From positions 22,940,001 to 23,004,000 of the forward strand of contig OZ038378.1 in NCBI GenBank assembly GCA_964036045.1: a stretch of 64,000 nucleotides of DNA, written 5' to 3'. Positions 37,071 through 49,675 of this stretch are shown here, one piece after another (the stretch's first letter is position 1; each line of letters begins with the position of its first letter). Source of the stretch: Eutreptiella sp. 'Long Island Sound 2002' (lineage: Eukaryota > Protista > Euglenida). Position numbers and translations under genes: made by a program. Under the pieces are notes generated by a model. The model was not told where the DNA came from. It ran no database searches and worked only from the letters and a program-made list of their open reading frames with translations.

Positions 37071-40000
37071 CCTCTAGTGCGCTCATGCACAAGGGCCATG
37101 AGTTCAATGAGGCCCGTGTGCGCTCACGCACAAAGGCCGTGAATTTAAGGAGACCCCAGTACACTCATGCGCGGAAGCCATGATTTTAATGAGGCCCCAG
37201 TGCGCTTGTGCAAAAGGGCTAGGATTTCATGACACCATAGTGCGCTAGTGCACAGGGGCCATGTGCTCAATGAGGGCCCAGTGCGCTCATACGCAAAGGC
37301 TAGGAGTTCGAAGAGGTCCCAGTGCATTCACTCAAAGGGGCCAAGGGTTCAATGAGGCCCTAGTGCACTAACGCACAGGGGGCAAGAGTTCAATGAGACT
37401 CCAGTGTGCTCGTGCACAAGGGCGAGGAGATCAATGAGGCCCTAGTGCGCTGATGCATGGGGGCAAGGATTTCAATGAGACACAAGTGCACTAATAGATT
37501 GGGGCCATGAGTCCAATGAGGACCAAGCGCGCTCATGCACAAGGGCCAGAGTTTCAATCAGGCCCTCGTGCGCTTGTTCACAGGGGCCACGAGTTCCCAA
37601 AGGCCCGGGTGCGCTCACGCACAGGGGCCAGTATTTCAATGAGACCCTAGTGCGCTCACGCACAGGGTCCCTGAGTTCAATGAGGCCCCAGTGCGGTCAT
37701 GCACGGGAGACGCGATTTCCATGAGGCCCCAATGCGCTATTGCACAGGGGCCATTAGTTCAATGAGGCCACAATGCGCTCATGCACACGGGCCATGAGTT
37801 CAATGAGGCCCCTGTGCGCTCACACACAAGGGCCATGAGTTCCACAAGACCCCACTGCGCTCCCGCACCAGGGCCAAGATTTCATGAGGCCCGAGTGCGC
37901 TCACACAGAGGGGCCAAGTATTCAATCAGGCCTCAGTGCGCTCGTGCACGAAGGTCGTGAATTCAAGGAGACCCGTGTACGCTTATGGGCGGGTGCCATG
38001 ATTTCAATGAGGCCCTAGTGCACTCATGCACAGCGGCCAGAGTTTCAATGAGGCCGCATCGTACCCATGCACATGGGCCACGATTTAAAGGAGGCCACAA
38101 TGTGTTCATGCACGGCCATGAGTTCAATGAGGCCCCCAAGCGCTCATGCGCAGGGGCCAAGAGTTCAATGAGACCCCCATGTACGCATGCACAGGGGTCG
38201 GGATTTCAATCAGGCCCTAGTGCGCTCATGCATAGGGGCTGAGAGCTCCCAAAGGCCCGAGTGGGCTCATGCACAGGGGCCAAGATTTCAATGAGGCCCC
38301 AGTGCGCTCACCCATAGGGGCCACGAGTTCAATGAGGCACCAATAAGCTCATGTGCAGGGGCCAGGGGTTCCAAGAAGCCCTAGTGCGCTCCCACAGAGG
38401 GGCCATGTTTTCAATGAGGCCCTAGTGCGCTCGTGCGCAAGGGCCACGCGTTTAATGAGGCGCTGGTGCGCTCATGCACAGACAACAATATTTCAATAAG
38501 GCCCTAGTGCACTCATGCACAGAGGCCGGGATTTCAAAGAGACCGCAGTGCGCTCATGCAGGGGGGCCATGAGTTCAATGCTGCCCCGGTGTGCTCACGC
38601 ACAGGGGCCAGGCTTTCGATGACACACCAGTGCACTCATGCATAGGGGCCATGAGTTCAATGAGGCCGAAGAGCGCTCGTGCACATGGGCTAGGTTTTCA
38701 GCTAGGCCGAAGTGCACTCACGCACGGGGGCCATGAGTTCCATGATGCCCCAGTGCACCGGTCCACAGGGGCAAGGATTTCAATGAGGCCCTAGCGTGCT
38801 GATGCACAAGGGCCGTGATTCCAATGAGGCCACAAAGTGCGCAGGCACAGGGGCTATGATTTCAATGAGGCCCCAATGCGCTCATGCAGAAGGGCCAAGA
38901 TTTCAATGAGATCCCAATGCCCTCATGCACAAGGGCGAGCAGTTCAATAAGGCCCTAGTGCGCTCATGCACAGGGGCCAAGATGTCAATGACACACCACT
39001 GCACTGATGCATACGGGCCATGAGTCCAATGAGGCCCCAACGTGCTCATGCAGAAGGGGGAATGAGTTCAATAAGGCACCATGAGAACGAGTGCGCTCAT
39101 GCACAGGGGCCAAGATTTCAATGAGGCCTCACTCCGCTGGTGCATAGGGGCCGAGATTTCAATGAGGCCCCTGTGCGCTCGCACACAGGGGCCACGATTC
39201 AAATGAGACCCCACTGTACTCACGCAAAGGGGCCAGGATTTCAAAGAGGCCCCAATGCGCTCATGCACAGGGCTTAGGATTTCAGTGAGGCCCCAGTGTG
39301 CTCATGCAAAAGAGCCAGAATTTCCATGAGGCCCCAATGAGCTCACATAGGGGGGCCATGATTTCAATGAGGCCCCAATGCGCTCATGCACGGGGGCCAT
39401 GAGTTCAATCAGGCGCTGGTGAGCTCACACATAGGCACTAGGAAGTAAATCAAGCCCTAGGGCGCTCATGAACAAGGGCCAAGACTTCAAAGAGACCTCA
39501 ATGGGCTCATGCAGAGGGGCCATGAGTTCAATGAGGCCCCAGTGCACTCCAGCTCAAGGGCCGGTATTGCAATGAGGACCCAGTGCGCTCATGCACAGGG
39601 GCCAATATTTCAATGAGACACCGGTGTACTGATGCATGGGGGCCATGACTTCAATGTGGCCCCCATGCGCTCATGCACGCGGGTCTGGTTATGCAGCTAG
39701 GCCGTAGTGCGCTCACGCAAAGCGGCCATGAATTCAATGGGTCCCAGTGGGCTCGTGCACAGGGGCCAAGTTTCCAATGAGGCGCCAGTGTGTTGATGCA
39801 CAAGGGCCGTGACTTCAATGAGGCCACAATGCGCTCATGCACAAGGGCAAGCAGTTCAATAAGGCCCTAGTGCGCGCATGAACAAGGGCCAGAATTGTAA
39901 TGAGACTAAAGTGCGCTCATGCACAAGAGCCATGAGTTGAATGAGGACCCAGTGCGCTCATGCACAGGGACCACAATTTAACTGAGGCCCCAGTGCACTC

Positions 40001-40567
40001 ATGCACAACAGCCATGAGTTCAATGAGGCCCCATTGCGCTCATACACAGGCGCCAATATTGCAGCAAGGACCCTATGCACTCATGCACAGGGGCCATGAG
40101 TTCAATGAGGCCCCAGTGCGCTCATGCATAGGGGCAAGGATTTCAATGAGGCCGAAAAATGCTCATGCACAGGGGCAAGGATTTCCATGAGACACCGGTG
40201 CACTAATGCATAGGGGCCATGAATCCAATGAGGCCCCAGTGCGCATGCACGGGGAGAATGAGTTCAATGAGGCCGCAATACGCTCATGCACAGGAGCCAG
40301 GACTTCATTAAGGCCACAGCACGCTCGTGCACAGGGGCCGGAAGATTGATACGGCCCTAGTGCACTCGTGCCCAGGGGCGCGGAGTTCCCAAAGACACGA
40401 GTGTCCTCATGCACAGGGCCAGGGGTTCAATGAGACCACGGTGCGCTCATGCACAGGGGCCAGGATTCTAATGAGACCTCAGTGTGCTCATGCACAGGGG
40501 CCATGATTTCAATGAGGGCCCAATGCACTCACGCTCGGGGGCGAGGTTTTGAGTGAGACCCCAGTGC
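37070..40567. repeat. 41-bp satellite array, ~85 diverged copies
   Basis: Consensus caatgaggccccagtgcgctcatgcacaggggccatgagtt. Confidence 0.95.
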
Positions 40568-41152
40568 GGGGCACACACTTGCACGGCGGTCAGAGGGGCT
40601 GGAAGAGGCAGGCAGTCCTCCAGGCAATGCACCTCGTCGGGTGCGGGGAGCCTTGGACCCACACGTACGGGAGGGCCTGGGCTCCACCGTCCGGTTGGTC
40701 AAGAGGGTGAGGGTCGCTGTAATGTTGGCGCGGTGCAGCCTCCACCTCCGCCGGCAAAAATGGCCAAGGATGTCGGACGTGACATCCAAACGGCCGTCCG
40801 GGTTGCGGTCATGCCTGGCAATGCCGCGCAAGCGGCCTGCCAAATCCGCGGCAGCGGTGGCGAGGAGGGCGGGCGCATCCGGCCGCGCGCACGGCCTTTG
40901 GAACACCATCTGAGCCTGGGCACCCATCCAGAGGCGGCGGATAGGCCACTTAGGCGGGCGGCTTGCCGCGACCCACCTTTGGTGAAAGTGGCCTTTTGGT
41001 TGGCGGCGAGCCGCCGCCGCCTTGGAGCACTTGTGGCGGCGGCCACCCCGGTGACGCCGCTTGGCCTTGCGGCCACCTCTGCGTCGTGGCATAGCACGTG
41101 AAAGGGTCTCCCGCGGTACCCCCGGGCTCATTGGAACCCCCCCTGTCCACAC

Positions 41153-41640
41153 TCAACGGTTGCGCAGACAAATGATGCCACAAATCTTACGGGCATCCAG
41201 ATGGCACAGCACACATTGCAAGATTTCCGAAGCCCCGTCCTGGGGCCTAGACTGCAATCCCTCTTGCTCAGAGTTTCCCCTGGACATTGGGTCGCCGGGC
41301 TGGAGGTCCGACGGCACTGACAAGAGCCTCACCACCAAACTAGAAGTCCACGAAACCCTGGCAAACAATCGCAGAATTGCCTGTTGGTGCCGCAAGGGGC
41401 TGCAGGCCCTCAGGGACAGCACCTGGGCTAGTGCCACCTCGCTATCACCGCATACTGTGATAGAAGACATGCCCAGGCGCACCGCCAGCCGTACCACCCA
41501 CGCCACCACATGCAGCTGTGTCGTTTGCTAACTAGCGTACTGTCAGAGGGGCGGGGAGAAGGACCTGACGCCAAACAAGGGAACAAGAGCACCAACAGGC
41601 CAACGCCCCGCGTCCGGGGCCCCATCCACACATGCAAGAA
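41153..41640 (-). pseudogene. RNase H domain of YR retroelement
   Basis: Motifs CVDGAPDAGRW, degenerate S*QTTQL, ITVCGDSEVAL and VPSDLQPGDPMSR; two in-frame stops. Confidence 0.75.
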
Positions 41641-41699
41641 AGTGTCCCGCCAAAACCGAAGAGGCGGTCAAGCATGGCTCGGAACCAAAGCTGAAAGTC

Positions 41700-42975
41700 T
41701 AAAGGTGGGGCCAAGCTTTGCGGGAGGGGGCTGCCCAAGGCTTGGCCACTAACACTGCAAGAGTAGCAAGACCGTCCAACAGCTTAATAGGCAGGCCCTG
41801 GCTCGGTTGCCGCTCCCCGTCCACTGTTTGTCCCCATCGGCGCCAACACCTCGCCCCGGCCCCGAAAGGGCATCCAAGTCCACACGGACGCACATGCTGC
41901 TTTAGCAGGCCAAAGTAGCTGCGGAGGTGCCGCCCACCCCCGTCCCCAAGGGCCAACCTCATCAAGCCCACCCACAGCTGAAGCAGTGCTTGGGTATGGC
42001 ACGAAACCGTCCGTGTCGCCAAGTTCCGGGCCTTCCCCAGGAAGGAGACCAGCTGCACAGGGTCCAAAACGCTCTTAGGGTTTATCAAGAACCCGGCCTC
42101 GACTAGTGCACGCACTGCCGCACGACCAGCCTCCCGGGGGTACCCCTCCTCGCAGTAGCAAAAAATCATCCAGATAGTGCACCAGCAGGACCCCGAGAGG
42201 GAGCACGCCCTACAGCACGTGTGCGAGGGCCGTCTGCAAAATACGGACTTCATTTCCAGCCAAAAGGGAAGGGGCACTACAACTCAAGAGCCACAAGACC
42301 CAAGCCCCGCTGAAAGCGAAAAATTCTCCAAGCCCCGGGCAAGAGGCGGAAGGACCATAAGGCGTTCTTAAGGTCGATGTGCACCGCAAAAAGGGGCAGC
42401 CCCGGGGGATCCTCGACAGAGCGCGTGCCAAGTCCTCCCATGAATCCAGCCTAAAAGTCGGCGGCACCGGCCCGTCCCGTTCATTGCGCGTGACACAGCT
42501 GAGGATAAGGGAAACCTTTTCAAAGGACTTAGGGATCACGAAAGAGTAATGTGTTGGGGGGAAGGGGGAGGGCGGCACTTGGTAGACCCCGCCCCTTGTA
42601 GAGCGGAGACCAGGCACTCCACGTGCTCAGAAACCCAAGAGGAAGACCCCCTCACCACCCTGTCCGCATCCTTCCAACTTTCCTCCGCGTTGAAATCCCT
42701 CACACTATTCCGGAAAACCTCTGGGACCACGGATTTCCACACGTCACGGGGGAGGGGGAAATCGCCAAACGGCCCGAGACCTTTATCGAGGATGGTGTTG
42801 TCCACGTCCCCCACCGCCCGGGGAATGGGGGAAGTAGACACTGTAGGCAGGAGCGCCAAGTGTCCGGGGACAGCCCCCTTAGCGCCTCCAAGAACTTAGG
42901 CAGGGCATGCAGCAGGCGGTAGTCCTCCGCCGTGGCAAAAACGCGGTCCAGCCACACGCCGGTTCGTTTAGCCAC
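41700..42975 (-). pseudogene. Reverse transcriptase domain of YR retroelement
   Basis: FVIPKSFEKVSLILSCV, PPTFRLDSWE, HIDLKNA (~42361-42382) and HYLDDFLLL (~42153-42179); frameshifted. Confidence 0.85.
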
Positions 42976-43849
42976 CAGTCACAGGCTACACCTCAGACTG
43001 GCCGCAATCCAGTTGAAATGGGGGGTAAGGGCCCGCATGAATTCAAGATAAAGAGGAGCCATCTTGCGCACTCTGTTCCCCTTGTCCGGGCCGTACATCC
43101 TGGGCTCGAGTCTCCGCCACAAGCCCCCCCGCCTCCAAGTCTTGGTCGCGAGGCACCGTGCAATAGCCAAGAAGGCAGTCTACGGCGGGCTTTGAGCCAT
43201 TTGCGGCCCCCGGGCTCGGACCCCGCCGGTGCAACGCCTTTTGGAAGGTGGGAGCCCTTCTGCTGCGCTCCCACGACGGCGGCCGGCCAGACCCCGTGAG
43301 GCGGCGGGGGGGGGGGGGGGGGCGCATGGCGGCGAATATCCACTTCCACCGCAAGGGCTAGGCGGGCCCTTGTATACACGGAAGGCACGGCCCACCATTC
43401 CGGGTCTGCGATCTTGTCCATGTGGTGCCGCGGACTGGCCCACGGGCTGTTGCCGACATCCATCCAGGTCGTTCTCGCCCTGCGAATCGGGAGGGCCGGC
43501 CGTCGGATTCAGTTGGACTGGCGCCTGCTGGTACCATTGTGAAGCTGCCATCAGGTTCACCGCCAGATTCTTCAGTGTCGACGTCGGTGTCCACATCGGA
43601 GTCGACCAAAGCGGGGCCCTCGGCGCTTCCCGTTTGGCGAACTTCCCCACCAGCGCCCCCCACACCGGCATCCGGGGCGCCCAGCTGCACAGCAACCTCA
43701 CCAGCCATAGTGCCGCGCGCTAGCTCAAATGCCGGATAGGGTAGCAACAGCGGTTCCGCCGCCTCAGAGAATGCATGCATTGGCACAGCCGTCCAGACAG
43801 GGCACTCCAGCGACTCCTGGGCATCGGAAGCTGTGTCTGGCTAGCCGTC

Positions 43850-45100
43850 TTTGAACTCGTGTGACTGGCTTGCTCCTGGAACGACACCCACGGCCGCGGA
43901 TCTTGACCGGGGCCTCCTTCTGTGCGCAATATGTGGGGCTCTGCTTTTCCTCCTGGTCCGTGAGTCCACCACTCGGGCCAACTCTAAATACATGGCCAGG
44001 CCGCAGATTGAGGCGAGACCCACTCGCGAAGGCTCCGGGCTGGGGCCTGTACCTCGCTCCCACGCGGGGACGATGGTGGGGGCGATGACCGCCGGGTCAG
44101 TCCGGCGGGTGGCATACTGCAGAGCAACCGCAGTAGTCTGCCACCGCCCCCACCATTTGAAGTAGACCAGGTCAGGTTTGCGGGCCGAGCACGCCCCCAT
44201 GCCATTCTAGGAGAGGGCATGCATGTCGGACTTCTTGCCAATTCTCAACACAAAGCCATGAGCCCAGTCTCGTACTTGGTCAGCTTACCTGGACAAGTGT
44301 CTGGTGGTGTACCCCTGGTCCCCAGTTTTCCTGTTCCAAAACTGAATAGCCCCCGGAAGTGCGACGTCCGCCACCTCCCCTCCACATAGAAAGCATATCC
44401 AGGCAAGGGTTGCAAGAGCCCCGAGGGGGGGCCCGTACGTAGAATTGGACGCATTCTCCACGAGGATGACCAGCCCTTCCGAGGGAAGGTATGGCTGGGG
44501 TCAAGCTGAGGCCGCCCCCGCAGGGATCCTTTTGTGAAGAGTGGTGACGACCGGCGGGATCAATTGCAGATTCTCAACAGCACAGATGGCCGACGCGAAG
44601 ACTCGGACAGAGGACGCGGTCGGCCCTATGCGGGCGCACTCCGTGAGGATGCCTGCCAGCGCCTCCGCGATAGTTGACGGGCCCGTTCGCGCCGCATAGG
44701 ACGCCAGCGCGAAAAGCCACGAACCGTATTGGGCCCTGGTACGGGGACGCCACGACTACATGGCGCTTTCCTCAAGTGTATTGGGTTCATCGACGTTGGA
44801 CGCTTGAACCCAGCGGGTTGGCAAGGTTCGCGAAGAGGGCGGCTGTGTCGCCTATACCCCACCCCCAACCCCAGGATCAGGTCGGGGGGGGGGGGCTATG
44901 ATCAGGACTAGTGGGGGCACTGGAAGTGCCAGCAGCGCCCCCCCCCCCCCCGGGAGGCCACGCTGGGTGCACCCGTGGCAGTCCCCACTCGGCGGGGAGT
45001 CGACGGGGATCCATTCCCCTTGCCGCGTCTGCCACTGCAGCATGCCCCCGACCACCCTAAACGCTTCTCCACACGAAGCTATCTCCAAAGGCCTCTCTTG
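43850..45100 (-). pseudogene. Tyrosine recombinase domain of YR retroelement
   Basis: Core-binding-like SSVRVFASAICAVENLQLIP; degenerate H-x-x-R box (HALS*); C-terminal FKWWGRWQTTAVALQYA with the putative catalytic Tyr. Confidence 0.75.
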
Positions 45101-45173
45101 CCTCCTTCAGCGTACCATGCTATTGGTCCGTCTGCCTGGCATTGCCGGCTAAACCCGCGTACCTCCTGGCGTA

Positions 45174-45685
45174 CAATCGGGGGAAAATTTTAGCACGGGA
45201 AAATTTCGCCGGGGAAAATTTCGCTGGGGAAAAATTCCGCCACAATCGTTAAAAGTGATGGGGAAAATTGCGCCACCCTTTTCCATGGTGAAGGGCAAGG
45301 CCTAAGGTCGGCTCTCCTTACTGAGGGGGACACCACTTGAGGAAAAGTTGTGATGAGGGTCTAGTTTGCTCAGGTCCTGGGGGGGGGGGGCATGCACATG
45401 CAAACATGCAAACATGAAGACATGAAAAAACACACAACAGCCAAGCAGACAACACAGAAACAAACCAGACCATCCATCCACATGACGTATTAAATTCTGC
45501 ACCCCCCTCCCCCGATCATACCCCCCCCCCGCAAAGGGTACAAATTTTGAACTTGATGTCCAAAAAAAAGTATGGGAAAAATTGCACCACAATCGTTAAA
45601 AATGGTGGGGAAAATTGCGCCAGAATTGGGCGTACGAAATTTTTCCAAACAGGTTTCTTCCCGTACTAAATTTTTCCCCTGCCCG
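45174..45685. mobile_element. MITE with imperfect TIRs and TA target duplication, inserted in the gag-like ORF
   Basis: TA at 45172-73 and 45686-87. TIR cores are GGGGAAAATTTTAGCACGGGAA and GGGGAAAAATTTAGTACGGGAA. Removing the element and one TA restores a continuous frame (..S*SAYARRYAG..). Confidence 0.75.
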
Positions 45686-45687
45686 TA

Positions 45688-46071
45688 TGCCGACTAGGAC
45701 TGATTGATGCAGTCCCAGGTGCGCCACGCCAGCTGCTCCCCCGGGTCCATCATGTCGTTGGCCACATGGCCTTTGAACTCAACCGGCCGTGGAACCTCGC
45801 CAACTTCGCCATCCCTCAGCTTGACATAGGCTTTCATATTGGAGAAGATAAGTCTCATCCACTGGGTCAGCTAGGGTCGCTCGAGGGCCATGTTCAACTC
45901 AAGCACGGACAAGGGAGGGAGGGTCGGACATTCCTTTACTGACGCCCTGGCAAGCTGTTCTCGTAGTTGCTAAATTTCTCTGGCTAGTTCTGCGAGCCTC
46001 TCCACGGCTGAGGCGTGAGGCTCATGGGAGTCGGAGGGTGGCTGCATTTCATGCCCGTCCATGGCACTCAT
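45688..46071 (-). pseudogene. Gag-like coiled-coil ORF remnant of the YR element
   Basis: MSAMDGHEMQPP..SAVERLAELAREI*QLREQLARA.., with TAG stops that look CAG-derived. Confidence 0.5.
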
Positions 46072-46144
46072 TATGAAAAATTGACCAAAAAATTGCCTAA
46101 GTAGGGAGTGGCAAACAAAAGTTGAGGCGAGGTTCAACTAGTGA

Positions 46145-46812
46145 TTTCAATGAGGCCCCAGTGCGCTCATGCACAGGGGCCAACAGTTCAATAAGGCCCT
46201 AGTAAGCTCATGCACAGGGGCTAGGATTTCAATGAGACCCCCGTGCGCACATGCACGGCAACGAGTGGTTCTATGAGGCCCCAGTGTGCTCGTGCACAAG
46301 GGCCATGAGTTCAATGAGGCCCCGGTGCCCTCACACACATGTGCCAGGAGATGAATAAGGCCCAAGTGCGCTCATGCACGGTGGCCATGAGTTCAAAGAG
46401 GCCCCAGTGAGCTGGTGCACAAGGGCCAGAAGTATCTAGAGGCCCTAGTGCGCTCATACACAGAGGCCAGAATTTCAATGAGACCCTAGTGCGCTCACGC
46501 ACAGGAGCCGGGAGTTCCCTGAGGCCCTAGTGCGCTCGCACAAAGGGACCAAAATTTCAATGTGACCGCAGTGCGCTCAGGCATAGGGGCCACACATTCA
46601 GTAAGACCCCGGTGTGCACATGCACAACGGCCCCGGTGAGCTCATGCACAAGGGGCAGGATTTCATTGAGGCCCTAGTGCGCTCATGCACAAGGATTTTA
46701 ATGACGCCCTAATGTGATCATGCACTAACACGACAAGGTCTAACAAGCCCCAATGAGCTCTCGCATAACGGCGATGATTTCAATGAGGCCCCCATGCGCT
46801 CGTGCACACGGG
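46145..46812. repeat. 41-bp satellite array 2 (same orientation as 37-40.5 kb)
   Basis: caatgaggccccagtgcgctcatgcacaggggcc units. Confidence 0.92.
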
Positions 46813-46965
46813 CCACTAGTTCAGCGTTCAGCCTGGATTCTCCTCCCTTATTCCCTCCCTGGAACAATTATTCTCCACCTGGCGGCAGGGGGTGCCATAA
46901 GGACGCTCACTCTTTTTTTTTTACTATGGCATGCACTCTCTGATGGTGGAGGTACACCAGAATCT

Positions 46966-47034
46966 GAGGTACCTCAATTGGTAGTTGTACTACACGCTCA
47001 TCGTGAGGTCCCAGGTTCAATTCCCTGTTCGTGC
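46966..47034 (+). pseudogene. tRNA-derived (SINE-like) remnant
   Basis: A-box-like TACCTCAATTGGT and B-box GGTTCAATTCC at tRNA spacing, but no acceptor stem. Confidence 0.4.
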
Positions 47035-47759
47035 AATATTTTTGGCTTCGCTTTTTTGGTCTTTTATGTGTCTGCATGTTACCCCCAGTTTGTGTTTGGC
47101 TTCTTTCTTTTTTGGTTTGGTTTATGTCTGCATGTTACCCCCAGCGGTTACCCTCCAACCGCCATCGGTTACCCGCCAACCGCCATCGGTTACCCACCAA
47201 CCGCCATCGTAGGGCGTATTGGACACTCTGAGTTTTTTTTTTTGTTAGGGCACCCCCTGCCTGGTGGTAAAGGTGCTCGTGCATGTAGACAACTGAAAGG
47301 CCCCAGCCCCAATCCATCATCTTCCTCAAAATGTAATTTGGTTGCTGACGTGATGTGTGTTTGGATGGTGTGGTGCTGTGTGCTGTGCCGAAGGCGCTGT
47401 TACCAGAAGGCAAAGGCTACCCACGAGTACAAGTAAACGGGAGGGCTGTGTGTGTTGCGCGCGCGCTGTGTGCGAGTTTATTTACCACGGCGGAAAGCGG
47501 GGGTATGCACTGGTGCCCGCCGCTCTGCCCTGTGGTGGCGGCTGCGGGTCTTGTGCGGCTGGGGGGGGGCACGTGTGCCGGCCCCGGTGGCGCGCGGGGG
47601 GGGGGGGCTCCAGCCCCCGCCGCGGAGCGTTGGTGGCGCTTCCTGCGCAGCGTGTCCTCCCCCCCCCCCCCCCCCGCTTCAGCCCCACGCGCCATCGCGC
47701 TCCGGGCCGGATTTCCTCTGCCGCTCTCCTGCTTTGGCAGGGCATCCTATAGCGGCAAG

Positions 47760-48257
47760 GCATCCTGCCGCAGGCAGGGCATCCTGCATTTGCAGGGCAT
47801 CCTTGTGCTCTTTGCCTCACTGCCCAGGGGCAGTGGGCAGTGGCCTTCCTGCCGCACACTGCCTCACCACGTAGGGGCAGCACATGTGGAACTCCATCTG
47901 AATGTTGCCTCACCGCCCAAGGGCAGTGGGCAGTGGAACTCCTGCCGTAGACTGCTGTACTGCCTAGGGGCAGTGGGTAGTTGAACTCCTGCCGTGCACT
48001 GCCTCACTGCCTTGGGGCAGTGGGCAGTGGAGCTCCCGCCGTACACCGCCTCACTGCCTGAGGGCAGTGGGCAGTGGAACTCCTTCTGTGTACTGCCTCA
48101 CTGCCTGGGGGCAGTGGGCAGTGGAACTCCTCTTGTGCACTGCCTCACTGCCTTGGGGCAGTGGGCAGTGGAGCTCCCGCCGTACACTGCCTCACTGCCT
48201 GGGGGCAGTGGGCAGTGGAACTCGTGTTGTGCACCGCCTTACTGCCTGGGGGCAGTC
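47760..48257. repeat. 47-bp palindromic tandem repeat, ~10 copies
   Basis: gggcagtggg recurs at 47921, 47968, 48015, 48062, 48109, 48156 and 48203. The unit is ggcagtgggcagtggaactcc..actgcctcactgcc. Confidence 0.9.
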
Positions 48258-48261
48258 GACA

Positions 48262-49110
48262 CTAGGCCTCATTGAACTCATGGTCCCTGTGCATAAGCGC
48301 ACCGGGGCCTCATTGAATTTGTGGCCCCTGAGCCGCTACGCACTGGGACCTCATTGAACTCCGACCCCCTGTGAGGGAGCGCACCAGGGCCGCATTGATA
48401 TCGTGGCCCCTGCGCGGGAGCGCCCTGGGGCCTCATTGACCTCCGTGGCCCTGTGCATGAGCGCACCGGGGCCTCGTGGTCCTCGTCGCCCCTGTGCATA
48501 AGCGCACTGGGGCCTCTTTGAACTCATGGCCCCTGTACACTAGCGCACTGGGACCTCATTGAAATCCTGATCCTGTGCATGGGCGCACTGGGGCCTCAAT
48601 GAACTCCTGGCTCCTGTGCATGAGCGCGCTCCGGTCACATTGAAATCCTGGTCCCTTTGCGTGTGCGCACTGGGGCCTCTGGGAACTTCCAGCCCCTGTG
48701 TAAGAGCACACGGAACCTCATTGAAATCTGGCCCCCCTTGCATGAGCGCACTGGGGCCTTATTGAAATCCTGGCCCCTATGCGTGAGCACACTGGGGCCT
48801 TATTGAAATCCTGGCCCCTCTTCCTGTGCACTGGGGCCTCATTGAAATGCTGGCCCGTGTGCATGAGCGCATCGGGGCCTCATTGAACTCCTGGCCCTCG
48901 GGCACGAGCGCATCGGGGCCTCATTGAACTCCTGGCCGCCGTGCGGGAGCGCACTGGGGCTTGTTGAAACTTGTGGTCCAGGCGCATGATCACACCCGGG
49001 CCTCATTGAAAACCTGGCCCCTGTGCATGAGCGCACTGGGCCCTCATGGAAATCCTAGCCCCTGCGAGTGAGCACACTGGGGCCTTATTGAACTCCTGGC
49101 CCCCGTGTGT
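48262..49110. repeat. 41-bp satellite array 3, inverted orientation
   Basis: ggcccctgtgcatgagcgcactggggcctcattgaa is the reverse complement of the 41-bp unit. Confidence 0.92.
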
Positions 49111-49675
49111 GCGCAGCATGCGGGAAACGCCCGAGGGTGTTTCATTGAGGGGGGGGGGGGTTGCCATAAAGGCTGAGTAAGTATGCTGCTAGGTGCTTCC
49201 GAGTGTACGCACTGGTTTGCGTTTTCAGGAGGAAACTGTCTACATTCCTCTCATTCCCTCTTGTCCCAAGCCCCCTCCCCCAAATCGGCGAAGAAATCCC
49301 AACAAATCGGTGGAAAAAATTGGCGGACCGATTTTTTGGCAAAACAGCCTGCATCGCTGTGGATGCACAGGCTGTTCTGTCTGCCCCCCCCCCCCCCCCC
49401 GCTCAAATCTTCCCCACTTTCTGAAGACATAAATAACTTAGATCACCAAAGCAGGTCACACAACGACGTGGTACTGGACACTGATTGTGCTGCAACTGTA
49501 ACCAATCAGCCTTTACCCCCCCCCCCCCCAAACCCCACATCGGTGGTGGCAAGCACCCTCCCAATTTCACTGTCATGCGAATGACTAAATGTGACGCATC
49601 CCGCGTCGGTGTGGGAGGGACGCCGAGGGGCAGAGGCAGCATTTGTGAGGAGAGGGACAACTGATCTACTCTCAC

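Larger units (their letters stand above)
40568..46136 (-). mobile_element. Decayed tyrosine-recombinase retrotransposon, gag-like -> YR -> RT -> RNase H order (VIPER/TATE-like)
   Basis: All domains are on the minus strand: coiled-coil ORF from ATG 46071; YR at ~45100-43850; RT at ~42700-41700; RNase H at ~41640-41153. The element is flanked on both sides by same-orientation 41-bp satellite. The ends are approximate. Confidence 0.8.

Noticed and set aside
37070-40567. CRISPR-like array of palindromic repeats
   Set aside because: Units are head-to-tail with no unique spacers; there are no cas genes and the context is eukaryotic
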